Shown in pieces: positions 61,842 through 64,000 of a DNA stretch of 64,000 bases. The position numbers and the translations under genes are program-made. This stretch comes from an uncultured Acidimicrobiia bacterium (GTDB lineage: Bacteria > Actinomycetota > Acidimicrobiia > IMCC26256 > JAENVU01): contig CAWCMX010000001.1 of assembly GCA_963796755.1 (NCBI GenBank), positions 1,625,172 to 1,689,171 on the forward strand, read 5' to 3'. The notes beneath the pieces were generated by a model that did not search any database, had not been told where the DNA came from, and saw nothing but the letters and a program-made list of their open reading frames with translations. Every line of letters begins with the position of its first letter. Position 1 is the first letter of the stretch.

Positions 61842-63743
61842 TTAGAGGGCGGCGCCGGCTTCGTCTTCGAGGCGTTCGGTGATGACGAGGTCGACGGTCT
61901 CGTCCGCGTCGATGCACCCGTCGATCGACCGGGCGAGCTGCTCGAGCGTGATGAGGACGTCGTCGCGGGAGCAGGTCGGGTCGAGGTCGCGGACGAGCGC
62001 CGGGTCGAGGGCCGGAACGTTCACGCAGCGGATGAGCTCGTGCGCGCTCTGGCTCGACTGCTCCCGGTCGCAGAAGAGGTCCTCGTGGAGCTTCTCGCCC
62101 GGGCGCAGGCCGGTGAACACGATCGGCAGCTCCGGGCTCACGCTCGACGCGAGCTGGCGGGCGACGTCGTAGATCCGCACCGGGTCACCCATGTCGAGGA
62201 CGAGTGCGTTGCCGTCGGAGCCGATCGCACCGGCCTGGATGACGAGCTGCACCGCTTCCTCGATCGTCATGAAGTAGCGGGTGACGTCCGGGTGCGTGAC
62301 GGTGAGCGGGTTCCCGGCCTCGAGCTGGGCCCGGAACGCAGTGAGCACCGAGCCCCGGCTGCCGAGGACGTTGCCGAACCGCACGCTCAGGTACGTCCCG
62401 GGAAGCTCTGGCCGAAGTGCGCGGTCAGACCCTCGGCGGCCCGCTTCGAGTAGCCGAGCGCGTTGACCGCGTTCGCGGCCTTGTCGGTCGAGATGTTGAC
62501 GAAGTGGCTGACCCCGGCGGCCGCGGCGGCGTCGAGCACGGAGAGCGTGCCCCAGACGTTCGACTTCAGCGCCTCGGACGGGTGGGCCTGCAGGAGCGGG
62601 AGGTGCTTGAGCGCCGCGGCGTGGAACACGACGTCGGGCTTGATCTCCGCGAACAGGCGGGTCGACGCGGGCCCGGTCCCGGATGTCGATCAGCACGAGG
62701 CTGTCCGAGTCGAGCATCGCCCGACCGTCGAGCGACAGCTGGACGCTGTGGAGGCCGGACTCGTCGCGGTCCACCATCACGAGCGTCTCGGGGTCGAACG
62801 ACGAGAGCTGGCGGCACAGCTCGGAGCCGATGGACCCGCCGGCGCCGGTCACGACGACCCGCTTGCCGGTGATGTACTCCGCGACCGCGTGCAGGTCGGT
62901 GTGGACCGTGTGGCGGCCGAGGAGGTCGGACTCGGTCGGCTTGCGCAGGTCGTCGACGCTCACCTCGCCGCCGAGCAGCTCTCGGACCGACGGTACGACC
63001 CGCACCTCGAGGCCGACGTCGCGGGCCAGGTCGCTCAGCTCGCGCACGAGGGCGCCGTCACCGGTCGGCACCGCGATCACCAGGGCGCGGGCCTTGAACT
63101 CCTCGGCCACGGTGGCGAGCTTGGTGCGGTCCCCGAAGACCCGGATGCCCCGGATCGTGAGGTGCCGCTTGTTCGGGTCGTCGTCGAGGAGCGCGACGGG
63201 GACGTACGGGCTCTCCTCGTCCCACAGCATCGCCCGGATCGTGCGGTCGCCACCCTCGCCGGCGCCGAAGATGATGGCGCGCTTGCGGCGGGCGTCGGGC
63301 GTCTGGCGCCGGCGGTTCTCGAGCATCTGGCGGGCGGCGTACCGGGCGCCACCCATCGCCAGGAACGCCAGCAGGCCCGCACCGATCACGGAGCTCGCCG
63401 GTGCCGGCCGGAGGTCGGGCCAGATCAGGTCGATGGCGAGCAGGATCACGGTCGTGGCGAAGACGGTCCGGCCCAGCGCCGCGACCTCGTCGAAGGAGCC
63501 GTTGATCCAGCGGCCCCGGTAGAGGCCGTAGTACCAACCCATGCCGGCCTGCAGGGCCCAGGCGACCGGGAGCAGGGTTGCGATCTGGAAGCCGTCGAGG
63601 CGGGCGGGGTCGAAGTCGAGCCGCAGGAGGGAGGCGGCGTAGAGCGCGAGGACCCAGACGCCGCAGTCCACGATCACCCGCAGCAACCGGCGGTGCTGGT
63701 AGGCGCGAAGTGAGAGCCCCGGGGCGACGAATCCCCCCGTCAT
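61842..63743 (-). CDS. polysaccharide biosynthesis protein, CapD/PglF/WbpM-like nucleotide-sugar dehydratase (ORF open; segment about 62400-62660 is out of frame)
   Basis: N-terminal TM segments, then VVVTGAGGSIGSELCRQL. The expected block FHAAALKHLPLLQAHPSEALKSNVWGT...STDKAANAVNALGYSKRAAE appears only in ORF 62387-62629 (-), indicating a compensating indel pair. Confidence 0.8.
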   Translation of the reverse strand: MTGGFVAPGLSLRAYQHRRLLRVIVDCGVWVLALYAASLLRLDFDPARLDGFQIATLLPVAWALQAGMGWYYGLYRGRWINGSFDEVAALGRTVFATTVILLAIDLIWPDLRPAPASSVIGAGLLAFLAMGGARYAARQMLENRRRQTPDARRKRAIIFGAGEGGDRTIRAMLWDEESPYVPVALLDDDPNKRHLTIRGIRVFGDRTKLATVAEEFKARALVIAVPTGDGALVRELSDLARDVGLEVRVVPSVRELLGGEVSVDDLRKPTESDLLGRHTVHTDLHAVAEYITGKRVVVTGAGGSIGSELCRQLSSFDPETLVMVDRDESGLHSVQLSLDGRAMLDSDSLVLIDIRDRARVDPPVRGDQARRRVPRRGAQAPPAPAGPPVRGAEVERLGHALRARRRRGRRGQPLRQHLDRQGRERGQRARLLEAGRRGSDRALRPELPGTYLSVRFGNVLGSRGSVLTAFRAQLEAGNPLTVTHPDVTRYFMTIEEAVQLVIQAGAIGSDGNALVLDMGDPVRIYDVARQLASSVSPELPIVFTGLRPGEKLHEDLFCDREQSSQSAHELIRCVNVPALDPALVRDLDPTCSRDDVLITLEQLARSIDGCIDADETVDLVITERLEDEAGAAL

Positions 63744-64000
63744 GAGCGGCCTACGAAGCCACAGAGTTGCTGTTTCCTACGCGCTGCCCGCACGAAAGGC
63801 CCCCCAGACGGTCTGCAGCCGGGTCATTATCGCCGCAAAGCGTGACGAGGTGCAAGGGGCGATCTCACTCGCCGTGTTGGCGTCAGGGGGTCGATTCGGG
63901 GCGTGCCGGGCCCGTAGGGTGTCAGCCGCCGCCGTCCGAGGAGCCGCAAAAATGAGGCCGCTCACTGATCTTTTCGGAGCGAGCCAGTTCACGGCCGGGC

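Noticed and set aside
63952-64000. A possible start of a plus-strand gene (ATG 63952, MRPLTDLFGASQFTAG...) divergent from the capD-like gene.
   Set aside because: Only 16 codons are visible before the window ends, and no motif is recognisable. It is too little to call.

Overview
High-GC (roughly 70%) actinobacterium-like core chromosome with no mobile element, CRISPR array, prophage or recognisable defence locus. Gene order, all on + unless noted, falls into five blocks. (1) The 3' part of a 14-subunit NADH dehydrogenase operon, nuoE(partial)-F-G-H-I-J-K-L-M-N (1-12232). (2) Directly after it, a second paralogous 11-subunit operon nuoA-B-C-D-H-I-J-K-L-M-N with no E/F/G (12351-22720), followed 3 nt later by a MidA/NDUFAF7-like methyltransferase. 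(3) A housekeeping block: acs, a HAD-like phosphatase, a histidine phosphatase (-), htpX, yajQ (-), tRNA-Tyr and a PAT-type GNAT (-). (4) The translation/transcription supercluster: tRNA-Thr, tRNA-Met, tuf copy 1, rpmG, an ECF sigma/anti-sigma pair, tRNA-Trp, secE, nusG, rplKAJL, rpoBC, rpsL, rpsG, fusA, tuf copy 2, and the S10 and spc operons through secY, adk and map. (5) A convergent CapD/PglF-like polysaccharide gene (-). Main caveat: about half of the protein genes, including rpoC, secY, fusA and 13 r-protein genes, can only be read by hopping between frames at single-base indels. I treat these as probable consensus errors but label them frame-disrupted as given. Indel density is very uneven: very high in the first nuo operon and low in the second. 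The observations most worth follow-up are: the tandem 14+11-subunit complex I operons with a coupled MidA homologue; a 31-codon ORF bridging nuoC/nuoD by ATGA overlaps at both ends; two CDS-limited near-identical tuf copies whose codon usage differs sharply from neighbouring fusA/rpsJ; and short repeat motifs shared by several intergenic or promoter regions. I found no clear novel multi-gene system. All product calls come from motif and family recognition by eye with no database search. Frameshift positions are approximate.
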